Assembly: GCF_964355755.1 (NCBI RefSeq)
Contig: NC_092679.1
Coordinates: 13,809,432-13,873,431, forward strand
DNA: 64,000 nucleotides
Reading direction: 5' to 3'
Source of the DNA: Antedon mediterranea
Lineage: Eukaryota > Animalia > Echinodermata
The notes beneath the pieces were generated by a model, which saw only the letters and a program-made list of their open reading frames with translations, ran no database searches and was not told where the DNA came from. The translations under genes were made by a program, and so were the position numbers. Every line of letters starts with the position of its first letter. Position 1 is the first letter of the stretch. This document shows positions 1 to 12,549 of this stretch, in pieces.

Positions 1-212
1 GGTTTCATTTAGGAACAAATAAACAGAACAAAACGCAATGACCAATTTGGATGCACCAAGATGTATACACTGTTGATGCATTTGTATCACTCTTACATGC
101 AGCAGCAGCAGCAATGGCAGCAAAAAACAGCAGAAGAAAGAGAAATTGCAGCATCGGCAAGAGAAGCATCGGCAGCAGCAGAAACAATTTTGAAGGTAAC
201 AATTGAACTTAC

Positions 213-3200
213 AAGTTAGATATCACGGTGGATCCTTTAAATGTGGTATTTCTCAATATAGTTATTTTGTTGTTGGTCAAGCTCCTATTATGAAAAAAAA
301 AATATGTCACTACTTAGGATACTTTATTAAATGCGATTGTATAATAGTAACTTCGTTTTATCATTTCCTATGCTTTATTCATTGACTGTGAAATCTTCAG
401 AAATACGTTTTATTGTTGTTATTGTTTTAAACCGCAGTGCCGTCCAGTTGTAATTAATAGTGAGACTTTTCATCGCGACGGTAAACGAAAAGAGACGGTA
501 ATTTAATATATAGAGTCTGGTGCTAAATGCCTTCGAAACAAAAGCAACAACGGTTAGCCTCCTCTAGGCTTAGGCCCCTGATCCTATGCATGCAAGCTCG
601 GTTGAGCAGGTTCTGCGTTAGTCAGGCTAGGTATTCGATTAGCAAATTTAAAAATATGAACTAAAAAACACATAATCAAAAACGGAGTTTAAAAAAAAAT
701 AAATCTAGAAGAATAAAAATGAATTTACATCCTACACATACTATATATACACATATGATGTTTTTGTTATGAAAATAAACAACTTGTGCCTATCATGTAT
801 ACATTTGCTTTGCTTATGGTTTAACAGTTTCAGAAAGACGTCAACTGTGCTGCTTCGTCTGGTTGAATTGTAAGACCGATCTTTAGATCGGCTAAATACA
901 ATGAACGGAATGTATGCCACCTACTTTCGTTAATTTACCGTCTCGAAGCAAAAGCTCACTACTAAAAGTTAGTTCTACACACGTAAAAGAAGTAACATTT
1001 TCAAATTATATTGTCTACTTACAAAATACGAAGAAATGGAAGATCATTAAAAACTGTGGATATGTCTGTCAGCAAATTTTTGTCTGCATGTCTGAAATGT
1101 TTAGATAAATTAAAATTATTATTAATAACTAAATATAACTCAATACATTACATAGTGTATCTTTTAATGTATGCGTATCATTGCTATAGAGTTCTGCGTT
1201 GCTGACGTCACGACGGTAGATGGCGCTGCGTGGACGGTATGTACAGAGCCATATTATATTTAAAGAGTTACGACATTGGATTATAGTCACGTGATATGCA
1301 GATCAATTTGTGTCAAACTTGTCTCCGTTAATTCATGTAAAGTGTAGGAGCAAGAAAATACTTTAAACATTTTCTTATATTTAAACAAAATGTAATTGCA
1401 CATTTAACGGTGAAATATCGATGTGCACAGCGTACAGATTTAAGTACTTGCGGCAAAGAATATTGCGCGCGCATGCGCTAGTACATTATAAAGTTCGAAT
1501 GATTGATTTTGGAACGAAACATCCCATAACTACGTCCTATTATTATAACAATTATGTAATAATATTTTCAATTCATAATGCATGCTTTGATGACTAAATG
1601 AATAATAAAGTGTCGTGGATATATTTGTTAATATATTGAATAGGGTGTGAACAATATGAAAATAATAAAGGCAAATTATTACAAATGAAATAATGTACGA
1701 GTCTCTGAAAGTTAGTATTAAAAACACACGGAGAGCATATACTGTATAAAAAGAGGGGTGAATTTATATTGGTTCATGCTTTGATGTATCCTGACTTGCA
1801 TGTAGGCCCTAGCATATATTATTTTGTTATTATAGACACAATATATATATATATATATATGTTGCCAAATTAAAACCATTAATAAAATTAATTACTAAAA
1901 CAAAAAAGGAATATAAGCGTTATTTCATAGACAAAAAAATCTAAAAATAGTGCATGAACTACAGGAAAACGCTATACAAAATAGACGCGCGCGCCCTCAA
2001 TGTGCAAATTATTTGACACAAAAATGGCTTCTAATTTTCAATGTCGTAACTCTTTATATATATGGCTCTGAATGAACATTGTAAAACGGACATAACGTCA
2101 ACTAATTTGATATAATATGACAGTGATCATATTGATTAAACTAATTAGTAACAGTAAGAATTTAATAAACATAACAGACTTACATATTACCAATTGTCTT
2201 CGGCAAGCTTGGTAATTTACTAAGTAAATTGTTATTAACATTTCTGTCAACAATTAAGATATAAATAAACAAAATTTAATGAAGATCAATGCAATGCAAA
2301 ATCTTTATAGCAATACTTCATTTTAGTTACGTCTTGACACATGACAAAGTTATTTTCACCAATACAATTATGTCACCTTTTATATCGGTGAAATATAAGA
2401 TGGTGATTCGCGAACATATAATCCTTCGGGAATAATAAATCTGAAATTAGCCTAGGCCTATATTAATACTAAATGTTAATATACATTTTATACACTTCTT
2501 TAAGTTGCATATGTTGTGTGAAGACCGGCTTACTCTGTATAGATCATACATAGCATGAGTTGTTAGTATAAGGCTAGTCTATAGCCATAGAACAAGACCA
2601 TATACATGTCTGCAGTTGCGTGCTCAAGTTAGTGTTTACCGACCAACCGACCGACATAGTGAGCTGTAGAGTCACGTTGCACGCGAACAAAAGGATGTCT
2701 TTTCTAATTGTTGTGAAATATGAGATTTTGGTATTATATTTAAAATAACTTTTATAACCTATCCATAACCAAAATCCGGATAAAAAAATTATTTAATGTA
2801 TAAGTTAATAACTTTATCATAAGTACAAATTGGCCTATTCAAAATGTGATGTCATTCATCTGCATTTTGTTCATGTTTGGAAAACAATACATGTTCAAAG
2901 TTTTGCCTTATCATTCTTAAGCCTACTTTCACCATTTTATCGAATGATATTTCATTTTAACCCAAATTATCATCCGTACTGTAGCTTGCTTGCATTTATG
3001 TTAAAGATTACTTACATGGTGTGAAGTTCATGTAGCTTTGACAAAGCATCTTCGTCGATTTCCTTCAGGTTATTATTGTTCATGTAACTATAAAAAAAAT
3101 TGTGCTATGGTGAACAACACATTGTAAACATACTAAACAACGTAAGGAATTTGCACGTAAAATGATAGGTTTTATTCCTTAAACACATCATCTAGCTAGT

Positions 3201-5397
3201 TAATCTATATTGATCGTTCGTATTGCTAAATTCCAAAATACTGCTTTGTTCTGCATGCACACATTATTAATACTAGAGCGTGAACTCGCTTCGCTCGCTC
3301 CCTCTCTAGGACTGTAGACGATGGTTCTCGGAATGATAATGACTCGGTAAAGAGGTTTCAGAAGGATATTCTTGCCTGAACATTTTCGGTCGGTTACCAT
3401 TATTGAAATGCTTGATATTCGTAAAACTAAACCTACTCACTAACCTGTTTCACAGTGTCGTAGATGATTAATAGCGTTTTACGTATAGTGTTAATTGTTT
3501 GGTAGGGCCCTTATAGTGTGGATGTGGGGAGGCAGAGTTAATTTGAGGGAGGTACTTATTTGAGGGATACGTAAATTATTTTAGTTTTAATAATATGGTA
3601 CATTTACAAATAAAATCCTCTAGTAGATATGAAAAGTGGTAAAAAAGAATTACAAATGCTTGGTAAATTGTAGATAACAGTCCGATGAAATCTACTAAAA
3701 ATAGTATAATTGTGTTATAAATATAATACAATATAATGTGTATAAATGTGGATGGGCGTTTATTAGATGGTAGTTGGGGGTGGGGGGTGTTGCGGCGTGG
3801 TAATTATCAATTGATGTTTCATTGAGGAGGTGTTCCGGGCGTTTATTTAAATAAATATTATCCTGCCTTATCATTTTTAAGCCTACTTTCACCATTTTAT
3901 CGAATGATATTTCATTTTAGCCCGAATTAATGTTATCTGTACTGTAGCTTGCTTGCCTTTATGTAAAATATTACTTACATGGTGACAAGTTTATCTAGCT
4001 TTGACAAAGCATCTTCGTCGATTTCCTTCAGGTTATTATTGTTCATGTAACTATAAAAAAAAATTGTGCTATGGTGAACAACACATTGTAAACATACTAA
4101 ACAACGTAAGGCATTTGCACGTAAGACGAAAAACTTTCGGTTTTATTCCTTAAACACATCATCTAGCTATAGTTAATATATATTGATCGTTCGTATTGCT
4201 AAATTCCAAAATACTGCTTTGTTCTACATGGCACATTATTAACACTAGAGGGTGAACTCGCTTCGCTCGCTCTCCATCTAGGAAGTGTAGACGATGGTTC
4301 TCGGAATGATAATGACATGGTAAAAAGGTTTTAGAAGGACGTTCTGGTCTGGACGTTTTCGGTCGGTTACCATTATTGAAACGCTTGATATTCCTAAAAC
4401 TAAACCTACTCACTAACCTGTTTCACAGTGTCTTAGATGATTAATAGCGTTTTACGTATAGTGTTAATTGTTTGGTAGGGCCCATATAGTGTGGATGTGG
4501 GGAGGCGGAGTTAATTTGAGGGAGGTGCTTATTTGAGGGTTACGTTAATTTTGTTAATTTTAATAATATGGTACATTTACAAATAAAATCCTCTAGTAGA
4601 TATAAAAAGGGGTAAAAAAGAATTACAAATCCTTGGTAAATTGAAATCTACTAAAAATAGTATAATCGTGTTATAAATATAATACAATATTATGTGTATA
4701 AATGTGGATGGACGTTTATTAGATGGTAGTTGGTGGGGGGGGGGGGCTGATAATTATCAATTGATGTTTTATTTGGGAGGTGTTCCGGGCGTTTATTTAA
4801 ATAAATACCATTCTAATTGGTATAATCAATACATTATTCCGCGACAGTGAACCGTTTTGGCCTAAGAAGGCAGACGTTTTAGACGGCTTGCAACATGGGC
4901 ATAAGTAGCCTCACCCAGGATCCTAAAGGGACACAGGTAGCGCACAGTATTTATAAAGTCCTGGCAGGTTACTCAAAAACTCGACTATCGGGGTTCATTC
5001 GATATTTCAAACAAAAGCTCTTATTGTTCAAGAATATCCTATAACATATAACATTTTACTACGTTGGGCTAACCTCCCTCCAAACAGCAGTTCGGAAACC
5101 GAAGAGGATATGTAGGGATAATAACATATAACCGTAGATTTAACATTGCAATGTGAAACTTACAGAATTATTGTGTCTACTGGTCATTGAAATTACAAAA
5201 AAAACTTACAGAGTTTGGGTGTTTACTGGAATTCCTACCGGCCATTCATTGAGTCCACGGTTTGCACAGTCCACGGTTCTTTCTGTACATTCACAAACTG
5301 CATTCACATTAGTATCATTACTACATGCAACTTCAACACCAATTGATAAATCAACCCATAAAAACAACAGGCAGCATATCAAGGATGTAGAGTCCAT
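213..5397 (-). CDS. Gene A: 5' portion of a secreted/membrane LRR protein (signal peptide + LRRNT + at least 5 single-LRR exons); continues off the left edge
   Basis: Exons 5397-5210 (MDSTSLICCLLFLWVDLSIG...CECTERTVDCANRGLNEWPVGIPVNTQTL), 4050-3979 (YMNNNNLKEIDEDALSKLDKLVTI), 3087-3016 (YMNNNNLKEIDEDALSKLHELHTI), 2243-2184 (NVNNNLLSKLPSLPKTIGNI), 1091-1023 (HADKNLLTDISTVFNDLPFLRIL), 284-213 (SLTNNKITILRNTTFKGSTVISNL). The LRR exons are all AG/GTAAG-bounded, phase 2-2, 60-72 nt and splice in frame. Confidence 0.9.
1244..2070. mobile_element. Non-autonomous TIR element (CA...TG ends) in an intron of gene A
   Basis: CAGAGCCATAT..AAAGAGTTACGACATTG at 1244 is inverted at ~2039-2070; no TSD found. 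Confidence 0.6.
2904..4807. repeat. Tandem duplication (~960-bp unit x2), each unit carrying one LRR exon of gene A
   Basis: 2904-3857 aligns with 3864-4807 along its length; each unit includes a GCGAGCGAAGCGAG..CTAG Helitron-like end on the minus strand. Confidence 0.9.
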
Positions 5398-5906
5398 TTT
5401 CAACAATAAATGTGACAACCTAACCTATTAAATATTGCGTTTATTTTAGAAACGTCACTGTGATACAAAATCTGGTTTGATATTGAAATAAAATCATGAT
5501 TGTTTCTTCAATTCTATAATTGTATAAGCATTTCCAACTGAGTTGGTATCAACAAAAGAAGTTCCGGATTCGGGTCGTGACATTAGTTTACTTTCACTTT
5601 ACTTCTTTTCATTATACAGTACCCGTTTTTGTCATAACATACTTATTATGTATATCATTTTTTATTTCCTTGTGGTAGTCAAGTTTTAAATATATCTATC
5701 GATTTTATTGCTTACAATCGAGGACATCTTGGCCACATCTGCAAAAAAGTTTTATCATTTGCTCACCAAGGTCGCCTTTTCCATTAGACACAATTAGAAT
5801 TTACGAACAAAATTGTATTTTAACCCTATGAAGACGCAAGGTTTCTACCCCAAGTGACTGAGCTAAAATAAGGTATTAAGTTTCGTCGGTAAAAGATTAG
5901 TATAAG

Positions 5907-5926
5907 CATGGAGATTTTTCTCCATG
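5907..5926. mobile_element. 20-bp palindromic transposon footprint with a 7-bp TSD
   Basis: GTATAAG-CATGGAGA TTTT TCTCCATG-GTATAAG; the paralogous copies at ~6293 and ~9507 have the empty site. Confidence 0.8.
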
Positions 5927-6478
5927 GTATAAGCTAGTAGATTCCGAAAATTCCCTGTTAATGGCTCTTCCAACAAACTTTCTTACTCTTACTTCTTGAA
6001 TCGGAGGTATCTCTGGCGGGAATTTAATAAGTCATAGAGAATGATATAAACCATAATACGATTTATTTTTATTTCCTTGTGGTAGTCAAGTTTTAAATAT
6101 ATCTATCGATTTTATTGCTTACAATCGATGACATCTTGGCCACATCTGCAAAAAAGTCTTATCATTTGCTCACCAAGGTCGCCTTTTCCATTAGACACAA
6201 CTAGAATTTACGAACAAACTTGTATTTTAACCCTTTGAAGACGCAAGGTTTCTACCCCAAGTGACTGAGCTTAAATAAGGTATTAAAGATTAGTATAAGC
6301 TAGTAGATTCCGAAAATTCCCTGTTAATGGCTTTTCCAACAAACTTGCTTACCCTTACTTCTTGAATCGGAGGTATCTCTGGCGGGAATTTAATAAGTCA
6401 GAGAGAATGAAATAAACCATAATACGATTGGTTAATTAATAGCGTGACAATCGTTTCCTGGTTATGACGTGATACTTA

Positions 6479-6665
6479 AGCCTGTTTTCCTGTCGACGTT
6501 ATTCGACGCTATCGTCGTTGATCGTTAAAAGTTCAACGACGAAGTTGAAATGATGACAATAGCGAGTACCATTTCCTGTAAATCGTTAGCATTTCAATGT
6601 TTACGTAGAAGATCGCCGATTATTGTTAACGATAGCGTCGAATAACATCGACAGGAAAACAGGCT
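6479..6665. mobile_element. PIF/Harbinger-type MITE
   Basis: TIR AGCCTGTTTTCCTGTCGA.. / ..TCGACAGGAAAACAGGCT, TTA on both sides. Confidence 0.8.
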
Positions 6666-7118
6666 TTAGTTGTTTTGGTTTATCAGGGTTTATGTATGGA
6701 TTATTAACTTTGTTTGTCTTTGTCTGTTAAATGTTTAAAATAGTCGAACTTTACAAGTGTTTTTTATATTTTGAACATACTGTATATAACGATAATAATG
6801 TTTATATAATAATAAAGGGTTATTTTGTGAAAATAACTGTAGGTTGACAGTGGGAATCCTTTTAATATTGCAGAGGTATAGGCCTAATAAGTTCAGTTTG
6901 TTTAATGACTAAACATTTTAGTTAGACTAGGTAGGTCCAGTTATCCTTTTTATGTTATGTCTAATTTTACGGAACAATATCGATAAAGTTACCTCAAACC
7001 CAATCGATGAATCCATTATTACACAGCAACAACAATAGAGACATCATTGCTACAGGCCATTACGAAAATATCACAATGTGGCATTTTGCGTTCACATAAT
7101 TGATACCATGTTTATAAA

Positions 7119-7828
7119 TTTTTAGTCACGTTGGACGCGACTCAATAGTTCACTATGTCAGTCGGTCGGTCGGTCGGTCTGTCGGTCTGTCTGTCGGACC
7201 GGTATCACTATGCGTTTTATCGCTTTCTGACCTTATCTTGATATCAGTTTAATCTAGCTAAGTCAATTTTTCACAGTATATTCCTTATGGCCAGGAATCG
7301 ATGTGGTTATGTTTTCACGGTGCGCAATAAAAAATAACGCGGTCTACGCACGATTTAACGAAATCACGTTTGTAATCATATCTTCACAACCATGAATAAC
7401 AAAATTTGGTACTCATAAATTTCAGGGCATAAATCATCATATGGTAATACAATTACGTGCGTAGCGCATGTAACGCATGCGTACGCGCGCTTAAAATTTT
7501 CAAAATTTATTTTCGATGAAATAAGGGTATGTTTCAGGCAATTTTAACCGTTTACAAAATTGCCATGAGTGCGCACTGCGCGTTAAATGTTATTGCGCAC
7601 TCTTTTTGCCGATTTCTGTTTTCTTGACTTACTTATCAACTCGAAATTACGTTATACGAGCACGTCAAAAGTGACAGGCTACGCACGTGTAAATTTAAAA
7701 AATATAAATGTTTTTAAACATTTCAACATTTTTAAACATGTTCAGTGATTTCGGTCAGTTGGTAGGTTGGTCGGTCGGTTGATAAACACTAATGATCACG
7801 CGACTGCAGCCATCTATATGGCCTTGTT
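7119..7828 (+). mobile_element. Helentron-associated (HINE/DINE-1-like) non-autonomous element
   Basis: TTTTTAGTCACGTTGGACGCGAC stem-loop start, (GTCG/GTCT)n microsatellite, ends ..GGCCTTGTT; related copies in opposite orientation at 2591-2692, 16932-17050 and 36765-37353. Confidence 0.7.
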
Positions 7829-7841
7829 ATGAACACATACA

Positions 7842-8771
7842 CGCCCGTATTCTTAAACCGGACTTTAGTCGTAGTTCGAGCTAAAATTAAAAAAATGATG
7901 TCATTTTAATTCATAAACCGAACTTCAACTAAATCACCGACTAAATCAGGCCAACCTCGACTAAATCGAGACGGATTTTGATCGATTTTTTTAGTCCTGG
8001 AGGGGGCAGACTAAATGGTCGACTAAATGGTTTTTAAACGATGTTTATAAAAAAACGTAACAGTCATTGAGTTGTTAAATTGGCCAGATATTGAAGAATG
8101 AAATATCTATATTTATATTAGCTTAATTAAATATACATTGGTATAAATTATAATAATGAAAATCATCTTTATTTACAACTGTATACAAATTACATTATTT
8201 TCTTCACGCAAGTCCGACTTGAGCTACGTCACACGCCATAGCGACAATGGGAGATGCGGCAATTCACCACGCGATGGAATGTTTAGGGGGCCTAGCGCTT
8301 TCTTGTCACGCTATGAAGTGCGTGGTTCGTGGCGATCATACTTTGTTGGGGGCCTAGAAAATTTAAAAGTTACCGTACCGCCATGGTTCCTAAATATATT
8401 TTTAAGATTTTATTTGTTGTTAATCAAATATACTTCACTGTTAAATTAATACTGATATTGTTCTAATAATTAACGATTAAAATTGTTTTTCATGTATATA
8501 GTCCTGATGCGTAAAAAGTGTTGTAAGAAATGGAAAGTGATATCAATGCGCAAAATTTCGTCTGCTCCTCAAATACTCTCTTGTCATTGGCCAATGTATA
8601 GCCTTTGTTACCCAGACGTGTGCAACTCGACTAAAAGCTCGACTTCATTAAGTCGAACTGCAAACTTCGACTACTTCGTTTTTTAATCGAATTTGAAGTA
8701 ATAGCTCGAACTACGACTTTTTCAAGTCGAACTTCGAACTACGACTAAAGTCCGGTTTAAGAATACGGGCG
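7842..8771. mobile_element. MITE with ~40-bp TIRs
   Basis: CGCCCGTATTCTTAAACCGGACTTTAGTCGTAGTTCGA / TCGAACTACGACTAAAGTCCGGTTTAAGAATACGGGCG. Confidence 0.8.
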
Positions 8772-10230
8772 ATAGTATTGGTTTAACATAGTATACGGTT
8801 TGACACGGATTGTCGGAAGAACACACAGTGTGAAACACATCGAAAAGAGAAACACCGTATATGAAGAAAATCAGTGTTGGAAGGAACCGGACATAAAAAA
8901 CAAGAAAACCTTTTCTCATTAGTTTGTTTTTATGGCTGGCAGCTATTAATACATTATTATACAGATATTGCCTGCTTAGAGGTGAAATATAAGATTTGAC
9001 ATCCCCAAGGGAATGATATTATGTTCGAGTGAAAATATATTTTCCGAAGCGCATCTGAGGTAAATATATAATTCCCCGAGAATACAAAAATCTGGTTTGA
9101 TATTGAAATAAAATCATGATTGTTTCTTCAATTCTATAAATTGTATAAGCATTTCCAACTGAGTTGGTATCAACAAAAGAAGTTCCGGATTCGGATCGTG
9201 ACATTAGTTTACTTTCACTTTACTTCTTTTCATTATACAGTACCTGTTTTTGTCATAACATACTTATTATGTATATCATTTTTTATTTCCTTGTGGTAGT
9301 CAAGTTTTAAATATATCTATCGATTTTATTGCTTACAATCGATGACATCTTGGCCACATCTGCAAAAAAGTCTTATCATTTGCTCACCAAGGTCGCCTTT
9401 TCCATTAGAAACAACTAGAATTTACGAACAAAATTGTATTTTAACCCTTTGAAGACGCAAGGTTTCTACCCCAAATGACTGAGCTTAAATAAGGTATTAA
9501 AGATTAGTATAAACTAGTAGATTCCGAAAATTCTCTGTTAATGGCTCTTCAAACAAACTTTCTTACTCTTACTTCTTGAATCGGAGGTATCTCTGGCGGG
9601 AATTTATTAAGTCATAGAGAATCAGTTTCCATATTGCAATAATAACAATGTATCCTAAATAAAAGCTGATTTCTTAACCTACTCATAATAATTACACAGA
9701 TACTGTACTGTATTTTTTTGTTAATTACTTAAGGTGTATTATTTAGGGACCACAGAGTAATAAAATAACTAAATACTATTGTAAAATGAACAACATGTAA
9801 ACAAGTAGAGTGAATCTTCCCTGATATAAAGCGGTTTCTTTTTTTTTTTTTTTATTTGTATTTTGAAAACAAATTAATATGTATTTTAATATGTTATTTT
9901 AAATTAACTTTTCTTGATTTGATCTCTGAGTTCACAATTACAACATATATTATGTTGGGAAATGGTGTGAACAAACAGTGCATGCCACTATGCGAACCTC
10001 ACAAATTACATTAATAGTGTTCAATTTGGTGAAAAGTATCAATACCATCAATGGAATCTTCTAAAAAAAGTATATCTAGTTTAAAATAAATCGAAATAGT
10101 GTTTGTATGTCTGTAATACACACAAATACATAATTGGACATACATAGAAATTCCCTATCCACCAAAAATGAACTGATAACAACAAATTAATACGGTTTAA
10201 TTGATAACGGTTTGTAAAAATGTCTGAGTC

Positions 10231-10410
10231 ATAAGGTTTATCGCAAATACCTTGATTTCGCGAGACACGTCATTGCACAATGCATGATGGGAAGGGTTTG
10301 GGAGCAATAGCGCCAACCGTATAATACAAACTTTATATACTGGTGGTGGCGCTATTGCTCCCAAACCCTTCCCATTATGCATCGCTCACGCAATTTTCGA
10401 TAAACCTTAT
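10231..10410. mobile_element. Small palindromic MITE
   Basis: ATAAGGTTTATCG..CGATAAACCTTAT termini plus an internal inverted repeat (ATGGGAAGGGTTTGGGAGCAATAGCGCCA). Confidence 0.7.
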
Positions 10411-12549
10411 TGTATATAGATATAAAATTAACACAATAAATACAAACAGTACAGTACAGCTATACGGTAACTAATGCAAACACTTTTTAAAAATGTTTCA
10501 AGAATTATCGCAGTTAGGTAACTATATATTTTATTAAATCAATCATTTCATCATTAATTAACATCTTGTAAGCAATATTAGTAATATGGAATATAAAGTT
10601 AATTTACACGATTTAAAAATGTTAATGAATGAAGTTTAAAAAGATAAAAAATGTGATAAGAATGATAATAATAGAGATTTTAGGGTGATGACATGAAAGA
10701 TGATATTATTGTGGTGTTTAGGCCACAAAGGAGAGAAAAACAAGCTCTTATTTATGCGTATTGTTCTTTAAAAATAGGTCTAATTTACAATGGTATTTCG
10801 TAAGTACAAGATCAAGACTTATTGATGTATTGTATATGTCAGTAAAATTTACAGTTTACAAAATGGTTCTTTCTATAATCTGAATCTGACTACAGTATCA
10901 TACAGTGTATGACCTTCTTATATATACAAAATATTCATATGTCATACATACATTATACACAATGGCAATGATATACGACTATTTTTACCCTACGTATCAA
11001 CATGTTGTTTTCTCTTTTTTCACATTCATTGATATTCTTTTTAACACTAAAATTTGATAATTCCGTCATGACACAGTAATAATCGTAATAATATAAACAT
11101 TCTAGTCACAACCAGGTGATACTTTCCACACTTTAATAATTTAATCAGATTTTTAGACTAACTTAAAACAAGCATATTTTATTCCTCTTTCATTACTATA
11201 TTAAAACAAATTGAATATGTAAAGTTACAATGGAAAACTTAACAAAACTGGCTATTACAACTGAAAAGTTAAAAAGGTTATTTTATCTTTTTTTTTAATC
11301 TTATACTATACAGTAACAAGAGTTATGGTATAAATATTACCTCATTATAAAAATAAAGCTATATTATAATATTATTTTGCTACTCGGAGACTGCGGCAAT
11401 TAACAAACTCATAGAATAATAAATAAAGACGCATACAACATAAGTTCTGGCTTAAATAGTTTAATTAGTAAATGAACATTCACCCATGTTAAACTGCACA
11501 TAAAAGTCATAAGCAAATATAAGTTATATAGCAATAATTTTCCAATTCTAAGTAAGCACAACAGGGATGCTCAGAGAAAAATAGCCCGCGGCAGGTGCCA
11601 AGGCACCGCCAAGAGCAGCCCACCAAAGTGCAGGAAAAAAGGAAGAATTTTCACTTACCCGCATGAAACTGAGATAAAAAAAAACAACCAGGACTCCCTG
11701 GAAAAGTCTCCAAAGAGACTGATAGGTACAAAAATCACCATTATTACAACGATGCTCCCCATGAAAGTATACGCAGATACTTCATGGCAGTATGTTGAGC
11801 ATCAGCACCTTCCACCCAAGGCTAATCCAAGGGCTCCACTACCGTACACTGCAATGGGAGCAAAGTTTTACTAACACATCGCAAATAAACATTACTGACA
11901 GAAAAAAAAACCAAAAACGCATGGATGTGAGTTATAATGTAAATGTAGATTTTTATTATGTTGTTGAAAATTCGCAGAAATATAAATTATTCAATGAAAT
12001 ACAACAATACAGCTGGCCACCTCTTGAACATGATGAGGGAAATCCCTGTTTGCAGTTTATGACCGCCCCTTTGGAGATCTAAAAGTATGATGCTTTTTGA
12101 AGTTTCCGTAACAACCTGAGGTGATTGTCAATTAGATTGCCAAGGGCTTTAGGTTGTCAACAAAGCATGTCACAGGTTAAGATAAGATAAGATATGATAA
12201 GATAAATCTTTATTGTCATGAACACAAGGCGAGCATGAAATTGGTTTTCCTTGATGCTTAAAAACACATACAATATATAAAACATTAAAAATATCAATAC
12301 AATACATTAAAAATATATACAGTTGTAAACAAGTGAAACAAACTATCTTTGAAATGTTGAGTTGGAAACATGAATAGAGTTGTGGACGATGTCTAGAACA
12401 GAATTGGTGAACTTTCAAAAATTGTCTTCGGTTTTTCGGTAGGTTGATCCAATATTTAAATCAAAGACACATATAAAATAAAAATATAATGTTTAAAGTA
12501 CATTGTTAAAATATTAAAGTGATTGGTTGACCTCATTATAAAAATAAAG

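Larger units (their letters stand above)
5465..9620. repeat. Local duplications in the intron/upstream region of gene A
   Basis: ~5465-6050 recurs at ~9088-9620; ~5660-6060 recurs in tandem at ~6065-6430. Confidence 0.85.
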
